A DNA stretch of 64,000 nt from an uncultured virus (IMG/VR IMGVR_UViG_3300020435_000116) (Duplodnaviria; Heunggongvirae; Uroviricota; Caudoviricetes), in the IMG/VR virus record IMGVR_UViG_3300020435_000116, positions 1 to 64,000 of that record; one strand, given 5' to 3'. The notes under the pieces were generated by a model. The model ran no database searches. It was not told where the DNA came from and saw only the letters and a program-made list of their open reading frames with translations. Shown here piece by piece: positions 46,450 to 55,156 of this stretch. The number at the start of each line of letters is the position of its first letter. Within the stretch, counting starts at the first letter, position 1. A program made the position numbers and the translations under genes.

Positions 46450-47080
46450 CGCCTTTCTCCTTAATAGCGGCTAGTAACTCTCTAACAATAGTTGAAGCTG
46501 TTTTAAATTCATGCCGACAATCATGCAGCGCGTGATGTAGTATCCCCTCAAACTCGATAGTGTACTTAGGATCAATTCCTAATAATAACCGCCCCAGCCA
46601 GACTATTGTGCGTAGTGATTGGTTATCGCCATACTTCCATGGCAGTTCAATGTCCAAATCTCGATAAGCTTCTACAATAATGGCGTTGTCAAATTCACTA
46701 CCGTTACCAGTTATGTTGATTTGTTTAACATCATATTTCTCTTTAAAATCATTGATGTCATCATTTAATTTTAATAAAGCTTCAGCCAGGGGCATACGTG
46801 GTAGGGTTTCATCAAATATTTCTCTTTGAGCCTCTAGAGAAACCAGAGAGCTGTCTTTCCAGAATACCTCAAACGTATCATGATCCTTTATACGGTCCTC
46901 TTGACCAACCCCGTTTATTCGATAATACGACTCTGCCAAAATCTCACCAGTAACAAGATTACCAATAACTAGACCTATGGTGAATATGTGTGTTTTATTA
47001 CGAAGAGATCCTGTCTCAATATCTAAAACACCAGCGATGGGGTTTCTGGTAATTGTTTTTACATTGTTAGATATTTTCAA
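46442..47080 (-). CDS. DEDDh 3'-5' exonuclease (Rv2179c/DUF5051-like)
   Basis: Motifs LDIETG, GNGSEFD..I and HHALHDC. Confidence 0.8.
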   Translation of the reverse strand: MKISNNVKTITRNPIAGVLDIETGSLRNKTHIFTIGLVIGNLVTGEILAESYYRINGVGQEDRIKDHDTFEVFWKDSSLVSLEAQREIFDETLPRMPLAEALLKLNDDINDFKEKYDVKQINITGNGSEFDNAIIVEAYRDLDIELPWKYGDNQSLRTIVWLGRLLLGIDPKYTIEFEGILHHALHDCRHEFKTASTIVRELLAAIKEKGDV

Positions 47081-47084
47081 GTCG

Positions 47085-47417
47085 CTATTCCTTATTATCT
47101 AATTTAAACTGCTTAACAAGACTTTCAGAGAAATCACCCCCCTCTAAGTCTTTCAAAAACATCAGGTAGGCAATGCAGTCGGTAATCTCACCTTTCGCTA
47201 GATGGGATTTTAAAGCCACCACGCATTCTTCAGGAGTGTTAAAGAACCGCCCCTCACCTATTGCAGCATTTGGTGGCGGGTAGCGCCATCCCCTAGTTAG
47301 ACCATGTTTAAGTTGTGCGTGACGTAATTTAACTAGAACATCATCAGCTGCTCTAACAACGGTGTTGAATGTATCGTCGTGTAGGTCTTCAACGTTAACT
47401 GGATTATAGTTACTCAT
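47085..47417 (-). CDS. Conserved phage hypothetical protein
   Basis: KL..AQ.KHG...GW...HLAKGE..DCIAY resembles a recurring phage all-alpha domain. Confidence 0.55.
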   Translation of the reverse strand: MSNYNPVNVEDLHDDTFNTVVRAADDVLVKLRHAQLKHGLTRGWRYPPPNAAIGEGRFFNTPEECVVALKSHLAKGEITDCIAYLMFLKDLEGGDFSESLVKQFKLDNKE

Positions 47418-47779
47418 TTTAATTCTCCAATATATTTAAAGGGAATGTCGTAGTTGTTACAGATCTTTTCAAACATCTCAATGAGTAGATGTCGATGGCA
47501 GAAGTCACCGTCTTTACAATAACAACCGAACGCTACTTGTTCTTGTTTACTCATCGCTTCAAATAAATTACGATAACGTCGATACCTTAGACGCATCAGT
47601 GTTTTAAACTTCTCAGTGTATTGTTCTTCTGTAATCTCACCTTGTTTGTAAGCCATTAATAATGCCCATGTCGGGGCCAGCCAGCGGTAGCCGCTTTTAA
47701 CAGAGCTATTTATAAGCAGTATATGCTCGTGCTCTGGGTTATCTTCAGCCTTACCAATTTGATATGTATAACACTGCAT
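47414..47779 (-). CDS. DUF488-like protein
   Basis: Motifs LAPTW.LL, YTEKF and CYC....FCHRHLL. Confidence 0.7.
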   Translation of the reverse strand: MQCYTYQIGKAEDNPEHEHILLINSSVKSGYRWLAPTWALLMAYKQGEITEEQYTEKFKTLMRLRYRRYRNLFEAMSKQEQVAFGCYCKDGDFCHRHLLIEMFEKICNNYDIPFKYIGELK

Positions 47780-47823
47780 GATGAATCTCCTCTATAGGTT
47801 TCTTTACCCGCGTCAGAGTTAAC

Positions 47824-47855
47824 ACGGCATAAAGCCAGGGACAACGCCCTGGCTA
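47824..47855 (-). terminator. Hairpin followed by TTATGCCGT
   Basis: On the minus strand: agccaggg-cgttgt-ccctggct then ttatgccgt. Confidence 0.75.
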
Positions 47856-47857
47856 GT

Positions 47858-48259
47858 TTAATTACCTACGCGCGGTTTACCCACTGGACCTTGATCAGGA
47901 CTAATAGCCTCTAGTAGATTACGTGACTCGTTATTAATACGTTTAATACGTATCAGCAAATCAATAATCTGCCGACTGTTTAATTTAAGAGATTGAGCAG
48001 CTAGGCTTTTATCTCTTTCGATATATTCTTGCTTTTCATTCATCTCCGCAATTAACTGATCAATAATATCCTCAAGGGGTATACCGTCAGGATTTGTTCG
48101 AGACATGAGGATTGGGGTCGTACCCATAGCGCCCGTCTTCCTAGTTACGTGTGTTAACTGCGCCATTGGATCGACTTTAGCTTGAATGATCTTTTCTATA
48201 TCTCCGAGCGTTTCATGTCCGACGTTTGTGGGTGTAACTAAAAAGAAAGTTGCCATCAC
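47858..48259 (-). CDS. Hypothetical protein
   Basis: 133 aa, overlapping the RuvC stop codon. Confidence 0.6.
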   Translation of the reverse strand: MMATFFLVTPTNVGHETLGDIEKIIQAKVDPMAQLTHVTRKTGAMGTTPILMSRTNPDGIPLEDIIDQLIAEMNEKQEYIERDKSLAAQSLKLNSRQIIDLLIRIKRINNESRNLLEAISPDQGPVGKPRVGN

Positions 48260-48831
48260 GACCTCTTTATATAAGGACCAAATTGGAATTCATAAAACCA
48301 GTAAGCCACAGCTACCGCATCAACACTGTGCTCGTCTAGTTCCTCAGGGTTTACATCTCTTTCCCAGCTAATATCATCTTTTGCAATAAGTGCCTTTTGC
48401 ATGTCATCTTTATCTTTACTAGAACCTGACACACCAAGTGCGTTCTTAACGCTCTTAGGGTCAATCTCATTAAGCTTCAATGAGAAGTCATGTGTAAGTA
48501 GAGCTTGATTGACAATACACACGCATTCTTTTAATGCACCATAAGCTGCAGGGAAACGTCCTAAGAATGGCGTCTCGATTGCAACAGCATGGGGGTCCCA
48601 CTGATCAAAGATATTCAAAATTGCATTATAGTGACCGTGTAGTTTAGCTACTCTATCACCATGTATTTTGGCAATATGAGCGTATCGCTTAACATGGTCT
48701 TTACCCTTTAGCGTAAAAGACTGGGCGCAGATAACTTTATAGGTTCTAATGTCTACCTCTAAAATACCTACACCCATGTTGTCAACGCTAGGATCAAAGC
48801 CAATGATGCGAAAAGTGTTTACACCGAACAT
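48256..48831 (-). CDS. ruvC: RuvC-like Holliday junction resolvase
   Basis: Motifs IIGFDPS, VAIETPF, PKSVK..LG.SG...K..M and EHSVDAVAVA. Confidence 0.9.
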   Translation of the reverse strand: MFGVNTFRIIGFDPSVDNMGVGILEVDIRTYKVICAQSFTLKGKDHVKRYAHIAKIHGDRVAKLHGHYNAILNIFDQWDPHAVAIETPFLGRFPAAYGALKECVCIVNQALLTHDFSLKLNEIDPKSVKNALGVSGSSKDKDDMQKALIAKDDISWERDVNPEELDEHSVDAVAVAYWFYEFQFGPYIKRS

Positions 48832-48833
48832 AG

Positions 48834-49136
48834 CTAACCTAACCTGTTGTTATTGAGCTTGATTACAAGCATCTTTCTCCTAGCGATCTCAAGGCTATAA
48901 GAGGAGCGTCGAGCTCCTCCTTGACCGGTTATCTCTAAAGGTAATGGTACATTAGAGATGTAGAGCGCGCCGCATTCCTTGCAGTGACATGGCCAGGCAT
49001 GGCTACCATACAGTTTTTCCCGTGTTGCTTCACTTATACTGGTAAGTGAGACTTTACCTTTACAGGTCTCTACTTCACACTCATAATCGAGCGTGTGGGC
49101 AAAGGTACTTAACGTTTTTATATGGTCACTCTGCAT
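48834..49136 (-). CDS. Small Cys-containing hypothetical protein
   Basis: 100 aa with CEVETC and CHCKECG. Confidence 0.5.
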   Translation of the reverse strand: MQSDHIKTLSTFAHTLDYECEVETCKGKVSLTSISEATREKLYGSHAWPCHCKECGALYISNVPLPLEITGQGGARRSSYSLEIARRKMLVIKLNNNRLG

Positions 49137-49145
49137 GTCATCACC

Positions 49146-49979
49146 TTAGATTGATAATGATTCAGTACCACCTAGATTAAACTCAAGCGTTAAGCTGTTA
49201 TTTAACAACCATAACTGCTGATGCATGGTGATGTGCGTGTTAACCTGCGCGGCAATAACTTCAGCGTAAGTGAATGAACCACCTTCGCTGTTAGTAGCGC
49301 TGTGTGTGTAGTCCTGACCAGATACCAAACCTATCTCAGATAACGTCGCGTACTCTTCTTCACCATAGATAATTTTAGCAGCATTAACGATTTCGTTGAT
49401 AATGTCGCTAGTGAAGTTAAGCGTGATACCTGCAGAGGCGGTCAGGTACTCACCATCAGACACGTTAATACCCGTAGGCGATACTTCAGTTGGCGTTGGA
49501 CTCAAGTCGCTTGAAGACGGTGTATATGGAACAGTTGACTGATCACCGTCAGTAACAGTTACACGGTTGTAATCAATATCCACGTTAGTGTTATCGATGC
49601 GCAGTAAGTAATAGGCGATGTAATTAACACCGTCAATAGTTTCTTCGCGACGCATACCGTAACGGGCACGCTGTGTTGCGGTAAGGTCATTATCTACCTC
49701 GCGTAATACAAAGGGTAGGTGTTTAAATAACGCCGCGTCAGACGCTCTGTGGGTATTTAAACGCGTAAGCGATGCACCGTCTGCGCCACTGGCGTTTCTA
49801 TGACCACCACGTCCGATTGCTAGGTACTGCATTACCGGATAGCCCTCGGTTGGATGGATGCCATCGAGAATACCAAACTTTTCATTTAGTGTGGTATTAT
49901 CTACGATGTCGTAGGGAATACCTAAAACCTGTGCTGATTGAAGCGCACTGGCGTAGATGGTACGTGTTACATTAGTCAT
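49146..49979 (-). CDS. Virion structural protein (phiKZ gp127-like)
   Basis: Motifs NTTLNEKFGI, YLAIGRGGH, LPFVLR...NDL and YIAYY. Synteny with the gp128-like and portal genes. Confidence 0.65.
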   Translation of the reverse strand: MTNVTRTIYASALQSAQVLGIPYDIVDNTTLNEKFGILDGIHPTEGYPVMQYLAIGRGGHRNASGADGASLTRLNTHRASDAALFKHLPFVLREVDNDLTATQRARYGMRREETIDGVNYIAYYLLRIDNTNVDIDYNRVTVTDGDQSTVPYTPSSSDLSPTPTEVSPTGINVSDGEYLTASAGITLNFTSDIINEIVNAAKIIYGEEEYATLSEIGLVSGQDYTHSATNSEGGSFTYAEVIAAQVNTHITMHQQLWLLNNSLTLEFNLGGTESLSI

Positions 49980-52056
49980 GTGTTATTTCCTTTACGGCGA
50001 CTTCAACGTTTGCAATGCGTATAGAACCTAAAGTCTTAGCACGGGTGTGAAGTGTTGCAGTATCTAATTGGTTAATGGAGAACTGTGCATACGATTGGCT
50101 TGTGTCATTTAACCTTAACACGCCTGGTTCAATATCGATGGAACCCATGTCTGCATGTAGAGATGCGTCTTTGACACGAAGTGTAGAATCGTAGTCACCG
50201 TCGTTATGTGAGCCAGATATATCCAATTCAGAGATCTTGAATCTACTAGTATCTACATTAAATGAATTCTGACCTAACAATGTTGATACGACGTTAATAT
50301 CGTAACTGGTTAGCTGGTTCAAAATAGACACTAGCGCGTTTTGTATAGCCTGCGCGGTGGTATCTGTAGATGCATCGCTACCTGTGGACGTCTCTACAAT
50401 AATATCCATAAATGCTTGCGCATCTGTAATGCTAATCTCTTCAACATCAATATCGTTAACAAATAACCATTGATCATAAGTTTCTATATTGCTAAGCGTG
50501 ATAGTCTTAGATTTAGTTAATCGATTAAACAGAATACGTAATTCTGCTTTCTCTTCGATCTTGCTAGCCATATTAGAGGCCGTTAAGATAGAGGCAAGTA
50601 CCGTATATACATCGTGAACATGTTCAAAGAAGCCTTCGGCGTTGATAATGTTAGACGTGGTAGGTAAACTTAAGAATAAATCACGATATGGTTCTACATA
50701 TTTAGGATTCAGTCCTTCGGTGAATGTATCCCAATCCTGCATTACTGGTTCTACTGTTAAGAACGTAGTAAAGGTAGGGATTTTATCTAATGTTACGCCT
50801 AGTGTGCGGTTAAACAGATACATGTACAATATAAATGCATCAGCTGCACTTATTTGAAGTATGTTACCGCTATGCGGGTTAACTAATGTTACGTTACCAC
50901 TATAGACGTTGATGTTAGATAAATAAACCCAATGTTCAAGTAATAGTTGGTTGATGTCAACAGCTTCAAAGCTATCGTTGATCTCTACTACTGATTCTAC
51001 CACTTTAGTTAAGACACGGTCTCTGCCTGAGCGCTGCATCTTCAACACCCACTCATCTGTGAGTTCCTCTGCGTTAAGCCCATTATCAGGCGCAAAGTTA
51101 CGAACCAATTCAGTCAGTTCATCGGGTGTATAGATTTGTATTGCATCAGCGCTAACTAGAGAGTCGTTAAGTGGATAACGAATAACGTCAATCTCTGGAC
51201 GTATTGAATCAGGTAAACTGTCCGTACGATGACGTAGGTCGTAGGCGTATAAAGGTAGACCACGTTTGGTTAATAGATTCTCAATTAACAGTCTAAACGT
51301 TGATGTCTTCCCTGAGTTCTTATAGATGTATCGGATGTTTCTATATAAGAACAAAGCCTGCGCGGTATTAAGGCTTTCACGATAACCACTCAAACCACCA
51401 TGACCTGCTAGGTAGGTCCATACGTGATAACTATGGGCCTTGTACGTCTTAGCGTTATCTAACCGTATGTTGATAATAGCATTAGGTAGGTGACTGAACA
51501 TCACACCTATGGCGCTTGCTAGATAAAGATCATCACTTAACGTGTAATCGTTAATATGCCACCGCAGCATATGGCGATGTATCCAATTCTGTATACGGCT
51601 AATTAAATCAGCCTCATTGATCTCAACAAGGTCATTGTTATAAAAAAGAATATCCCAATCGGAAGCGGCAATAGCCGTATCTATATCAACCGGATTAACA
51701 ATACCACGGATTAACGTTTCTTGATCAGGGTAGCGGGCAAGCAAAGACAGATACGCATCGCTATTAAAGGTATACGCTTTCGCCGTAGAGCGGTGTATCT
51801 CTAAACTCTCTCGAGTGAATGCTATGACCTCTAAAGTATCAAGTGATGTTACCGTCATCGGTTCGTCAAAAGGATGGTATTGACCGCTTAAATTTAAATA
51901 ATATTTCCATGTACTCGGGTCCGTTTCATCAACTTCTACCCCAAGCAGGTTAAGTTCTGCATTTATAGCAGATGCGACTTCGCTGGATTTTAAAATAATC
52001 GAACGGGCTAGATTAATACAGCTTTGTCGATAAAGATCGTAGGTAGAGTCAGACAT
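49972..52056 (-). CDS. Virion/baseplate structural protein (phiKZ gp128-like)
   Basis: Motifs TWKYYLNLSGQYH..D..M...SLDT and LFLYRNIRYI. Divergent from the portal gene. Confidence 0.65.
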   Translation of the reverse strand: MSDSTYDLYRQSCINLARSIILKSSEVASAINAELNLLGVEVDETDPSTWKYYLNLSGQYHPFDEPMTVTSLDTLEVIAFTRESLEIHRSTAKAYTFNSDAYLSLLARYPDQETLIRGIVNPVDIDTAIAASDWDILFYNNDLVEINEADLISRIQNWIHRHMLRWHINDYTLSDDLYLASAIGVMFSHLPNAIINIRLDNAKTYKAHSYHVWTYLAGHGGLSGYRESLNTAQALFLYRNIRYIYKNSGKTSTFRLLIENLLTKRGLPLYAYDLRHRTDSLPDSIRPEIDVIRYPLNDSLVSADAIQIYTPDELTELVRNFAPDNGLNAEELTDEWVLKMQRSGRDRVLTKVVESVVEINDSFEAVDINQLLLEHWVYLSNINVYSGNVTLVNPHSGNILQISAADAFILYMYLFNRTLGVTLDKIPTFTTFLTVEPVMQDWDTFTEGLNPKYVEPYRDLFLSLPTTSNIINAEGFFEHVHDVYTVLASILTASNMASKIEEKAELRILFNRLTKSKTITLSNIETYDQWLFVNDIDVEEISITDAQAFMDIIVETSTGSDASTDTTAQAIQNALVSILNQLTSYDINVVSTLLGQNSFNVDTSRFKISELDISGSHNDGDYDSTLRVKDASLHADMGSIDIEPGVLRLNDTSQSYAQFSINQLDTATLHTRAKTLGSIRIANVEVAVKEITHD

Positions 52057-52097
52057 ATTGTACTTCGCTCTTTATTACAGTTATAGGTAATTACACA

Positions 52098-54773
52098 ATG
52101 GCAACAGAACATATTCGCAAACACTCCCATCCCCGCCATGACGCTGATCAAGGGATGTCGGCCGAAACTAAAAGCATCATTGATAAAATAGTTAATCCCA
52201 CGCAATCAGATGGAGAGCCGCCTAGAAAAACAAAAGCGCCTTCAATGAATGTCATGGAAACTATTTCTAATGAGATAGCCACTAACATTAACGATGCTAG
52301 AGCCATATTTGAAATTCTGCCTGATACCGAAATGGCGATGCAAGTATTAGTATCGTCAATACTTTCGCCTAAAGACATGATCTCTACAGACATCAACTTC
52401 ACCTCCAGCGTATCTGGTGAGGCTGCTGATATAGCGGCTAGTGTCATAAAGATTGTGCAGAATTATTTCATCACCGAGTTTGGTCTTAAACGTCGCCTCA
52501 GTAGTATATTGCAAGACGCGTTATTTAAGACAGGTAGTTATCCCATTGCTGTTATACCTGAGAACACGTTAGATGATGTAATTAACAGCAACGACCAGGT
52601 ATCTACAGAAAGCGTGAAGTCTTTTTTCACTAAAGATACTACAAGTGTTCGCCCTCTGGGACTGTTAGGTAACCCTAATAGTGGTGGCAAGAAAACCAGC
52701 ATTGGCATAGAGAGTTTATTTAGCGCCAATACCGCGCCTGATAAATTTGATAATTTTAACCCTTATACCACAGTGACAGATAACTTTAACGCACTTAAAG
52801 TACCTGCATTGTTAACAAAGGCACGTCAACATGCAGTAGCGGATACGTTTCAAAACAGAGGTGTCGCAGGTGTAAAGGTTGGGTTAGAGTCGTGGCGTGG
52901 TAAACAGGGAGAAGACAAACCAACTGTGCTTAAATCGGCGTATCGTCGTCGTGTCTACACCCAGCGCTCTGCCGTGCAGCTACAGACCTCCGAGGCGCTT
53001 AACCGTGAAGCAGTAGGTCATCCGCTGGTGATGAAGTTACCTAGTGAATCTGTCATTCCGGTACACGTCCCGTCTGATCCATCTAACCATGTTGGTTACT
53101 ATGTGCTATTGGACAAGAATGGTAACCCGGTTACACGTGCTAAAGATTCTAAATACTTCACTAATTTAAAGCAACGTTTGAAAAAAGAAAACGAAGGCAC
53201 GAGTGAGCTTATAGAGCAAGTACGTCAAGGTATGTACGGTGAACGTAGTAACATTGCTGATCGTACTGAGTCAGAAATCATTGCCTCTTATACATCTCTA
53301 ATCGAAAACGATTTAGTCGCACGTTTAGAAGCAGGCGTGTATAATGAGAATGCTACATTATCATGCCCTGGTGAAGTAGGTCGTATTATGCTTGGTCGTG
53401 CATTAAGTAAGATGCATACTCAGGTATTATTCATCCCTGCTGAATTGCTGACGTATGTGGCTTTTGATTACAACGACAACGGTACAGGGCGTTCATTGAT
53501 TGAAGGTTCTAAGATTATAGCATCGCTGCGTGCCATGACCATGTTTGCAAACACCATGGCCGGTATCAAGAACTCTAACAACCGTACTAAGTTGAACATT
53601 ACTTTAGATGAAGATGATCCAGATCCAGCAAGTACTGTGGAGAAGATCATGCACAACTTTACTAAGAATCATCAACTTAGCTATCCGTTAGGTACTATTG
53701 ATCCATCGGACATTACAGGTTACTTGCAGCGCTCGTCAGTTGACATTAACGTAGAGGGTCACCCTGCGTATCCTAACACCAAGACCAACGTGGAAGATGG
53801 TCAGCGTAATATGGTTAATGTCGATACGGGGTTAGAGGAAAGCTTACGTAATCGTCACTTCATGTCGATGCACATCGCGCCTGAGATTGTAGACTCTACG
53901 CTAGATGTTGAATTTGCTACTAACGTGGTAGGTTCTAACCTATTGCTGGCTAAACGTGTTATCATTTATCAGGACACGCTATGTGATCACTTATCTGACT
54001 TCATTCGTAAGTTTACGTCTAATTCATCGGTACTGATGGAACAGATTGTAAATGTGATTGAAGAATCTTCATTAAGTAAGAAACTTAAACAAGGTAAGAC
54101 CGATGTAACTGAAGATGGTACCATAGACACAGTGGAATCATTAATTGCTGAAATCATCGATTCTATCCGTATTAGCTTACCTACACCAGATACTGCTAAG
54201 TTAGCTAATCAGGGTGCGTCTTTTGAAGAGTTTAACAGTCTTCTTGAAGCAGCACTTCCTGCTTACTTAGATGCTGAGATGTTTGACGGTATGTTAGATT
54301 CTGACCTTGAAGAAGGTATTGAAGGAACCATCGCAGCTCTGCGTAGTTACTTCCAGCGTCAATGGTTACGTAAGAATAACATCATGCCAGAACTTGACGG
54401 GATGGTTAATGATGGTTCAGTGGATAGTTTTGATATTGTAGCTGTGCATAAAGACCACGCTGAAGCCATTCTTGGACCAATGCAGAAACTATTAAGGATG
54501 ATGCGTAAGGAAGGGCGTAAAGCACAAGGTAACTTGGATGCTGATCAGGATAAGGATACACAAGCAGCAGAAGAGAAAGATGCAATGATCCAATCATTAC
54601 AAGAAGAGTTAGAAGCGCTTAAAGCTAAGCTTGAAGGTAATGAGGAGGAAGAGGAAGCAGAGGAAGCTGTAGATGACAATACAGACATCCCTGAAGACCT
54701 AGAAAGTGAAGAAGAATCTGAAACACCACCTAGTGAAGAACCGGGTGCTGATGACGATCTACCACCACTTTAA
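52098..54773 (+). CDS. Portal protein (phiKZ gp129-like)
   Basis: 891 aa. Motifs LPDTEMAMQVLVSSILSPKDM and GHPLVMKLPSESVIPVH, acidic tail, synteny with the gp127/128-like genes. Confidence 0.75.
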   Translation: MATEHIRKHSHPRHDADQGMSAETKSIIDKIVNPTQSDGEPPRKTKAPSMNVMETISNEIATNINDARAIFEILPDTEMAMQVLVSSILSPKDMISTDINFTSSVSGEAADIAASVIKIVQNYFITEFGLKRRLSSILQDALFKTGSYPIAVIPENTLDDVINSNDQVSTESVKSFFTKDTTSVRPLGLLGNPNSGGKKTSIGIESLFSANTAPDKFDNFNPYTTVTDNFNALKVPALLTKARQHAVADTFQNRGVAGVKVGLESWRGKQGEDKPTVLKSAYRRRVYTQRSAVQLQTSEALNREAVGHPLVMKLPSESVIPVHVPSDPSNHVGYYVLLDKNGNPVTRAKDSKYFTNLKQRLKKENEGTSELIEQVRQGMYGERSNIADRTESEIIASYTSLIENDLVARLEAGVYNENATLSCPGEVGRIMLGRALSKMHTQVLFIPAELLTYVAFDYNDNGTGRSLIEGSKIIASLRAMTMFANTMAGIKNSNNRTKLNITLDEDDPDPASTVEKIMHNFTKNHQLSYPLGTIDPSDITGYLQRSSVDINVEGHPAYPNTKTNVEDGQRNMVNVDTGLEESLRNRHFMSMHIAPEIVDSTLDVEFATNVVGSNLLLAKRVIIYQDTLCDHLSDFIRKFTSNSSVLMEQIVNVIEESSLSKKLKQGKTDVTEDGTIDTVESLIAEIIDSIRISLPTPDTAKLANQGASFEEFNSLLEAALPAYLDAEMFDGMLDSDLEEGIEGTIAALRSYFQRQWLRKNNIMPELDGMVNDGSVDSFDIVAVHKDHAEAILGPMQKLLRMMRKEGRKAQGNLDADQDKDTQAAEEKDAMIQSLQEELEALKAKLEGNEEEEEAEEAVDDNTDIPEDLESEEESETPPSEEPGADDDLPPL

Positions 54774-54817
54774 CGCATAAGTTGTAGGGTAGGATCACCT
54801 ACCCTACTTTATGCCGT
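54773..54817. terminator. Bidirectional hairpin with TATGCCGT/TATGCGT tails
   Basis: acgcataa..gtagggtagg-atca-cctaccctac then tttatgccgt. Confidence 0.8.
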
Positions 54818-54837
54818 CACAATGGGATACAGGCGCT

Positions 54838-55038
54838 TTAATCGGACTTACGGTTACGACGTCGCTGTTGTCTTGCTACTTTAGCACGCTTACGTCCTTT
54901 AATGCGTTTATTGCGAGCAGCCTCGTCCTCTAACCTGGCTCTACCGGAACTACATCGTTTAGCTGTAATTGGAGCATTAGAAAAAGAAGAAGCCATAGCT
55001 GCTACTAGAGCAGCATCCATACGGGGTTTAGAGAACAT
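54838..55038 (-). CDS. Small Arg/Lys-rich protein
   Basis: MFSKPR start after AAGGA. C-terminal RNKRIKGRKRAKVARQQRRRNRK. Confidence 0.5.
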   Translation of the reverse strand: MFSKPRMDAALVAAMASSFSNAPITAKRCSSGRARLEDEAARNKRIKGRKRAKVARQQRRRNRKSD

Positions 55039-55068
55039 GAGACATTCCTTATTTTTATAATTGAAGAC

Positions 55069-55103
55069 AAAAAAATGGAGAGGGCAAAACCCCCTCTCCA
55101 AAA
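55069..55103 (-). terminator. Rho-independent terminator
   Basis: On the minus strand: ggagaggg-loop-ccctctcc followed by a T run. Confidence 0.7.
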
Positions 55104-55156
55104 TGTCTGGCCCTAACACCAGACGCCCTTTTAAAGGGGTAGCGACGTGTGGGTTA

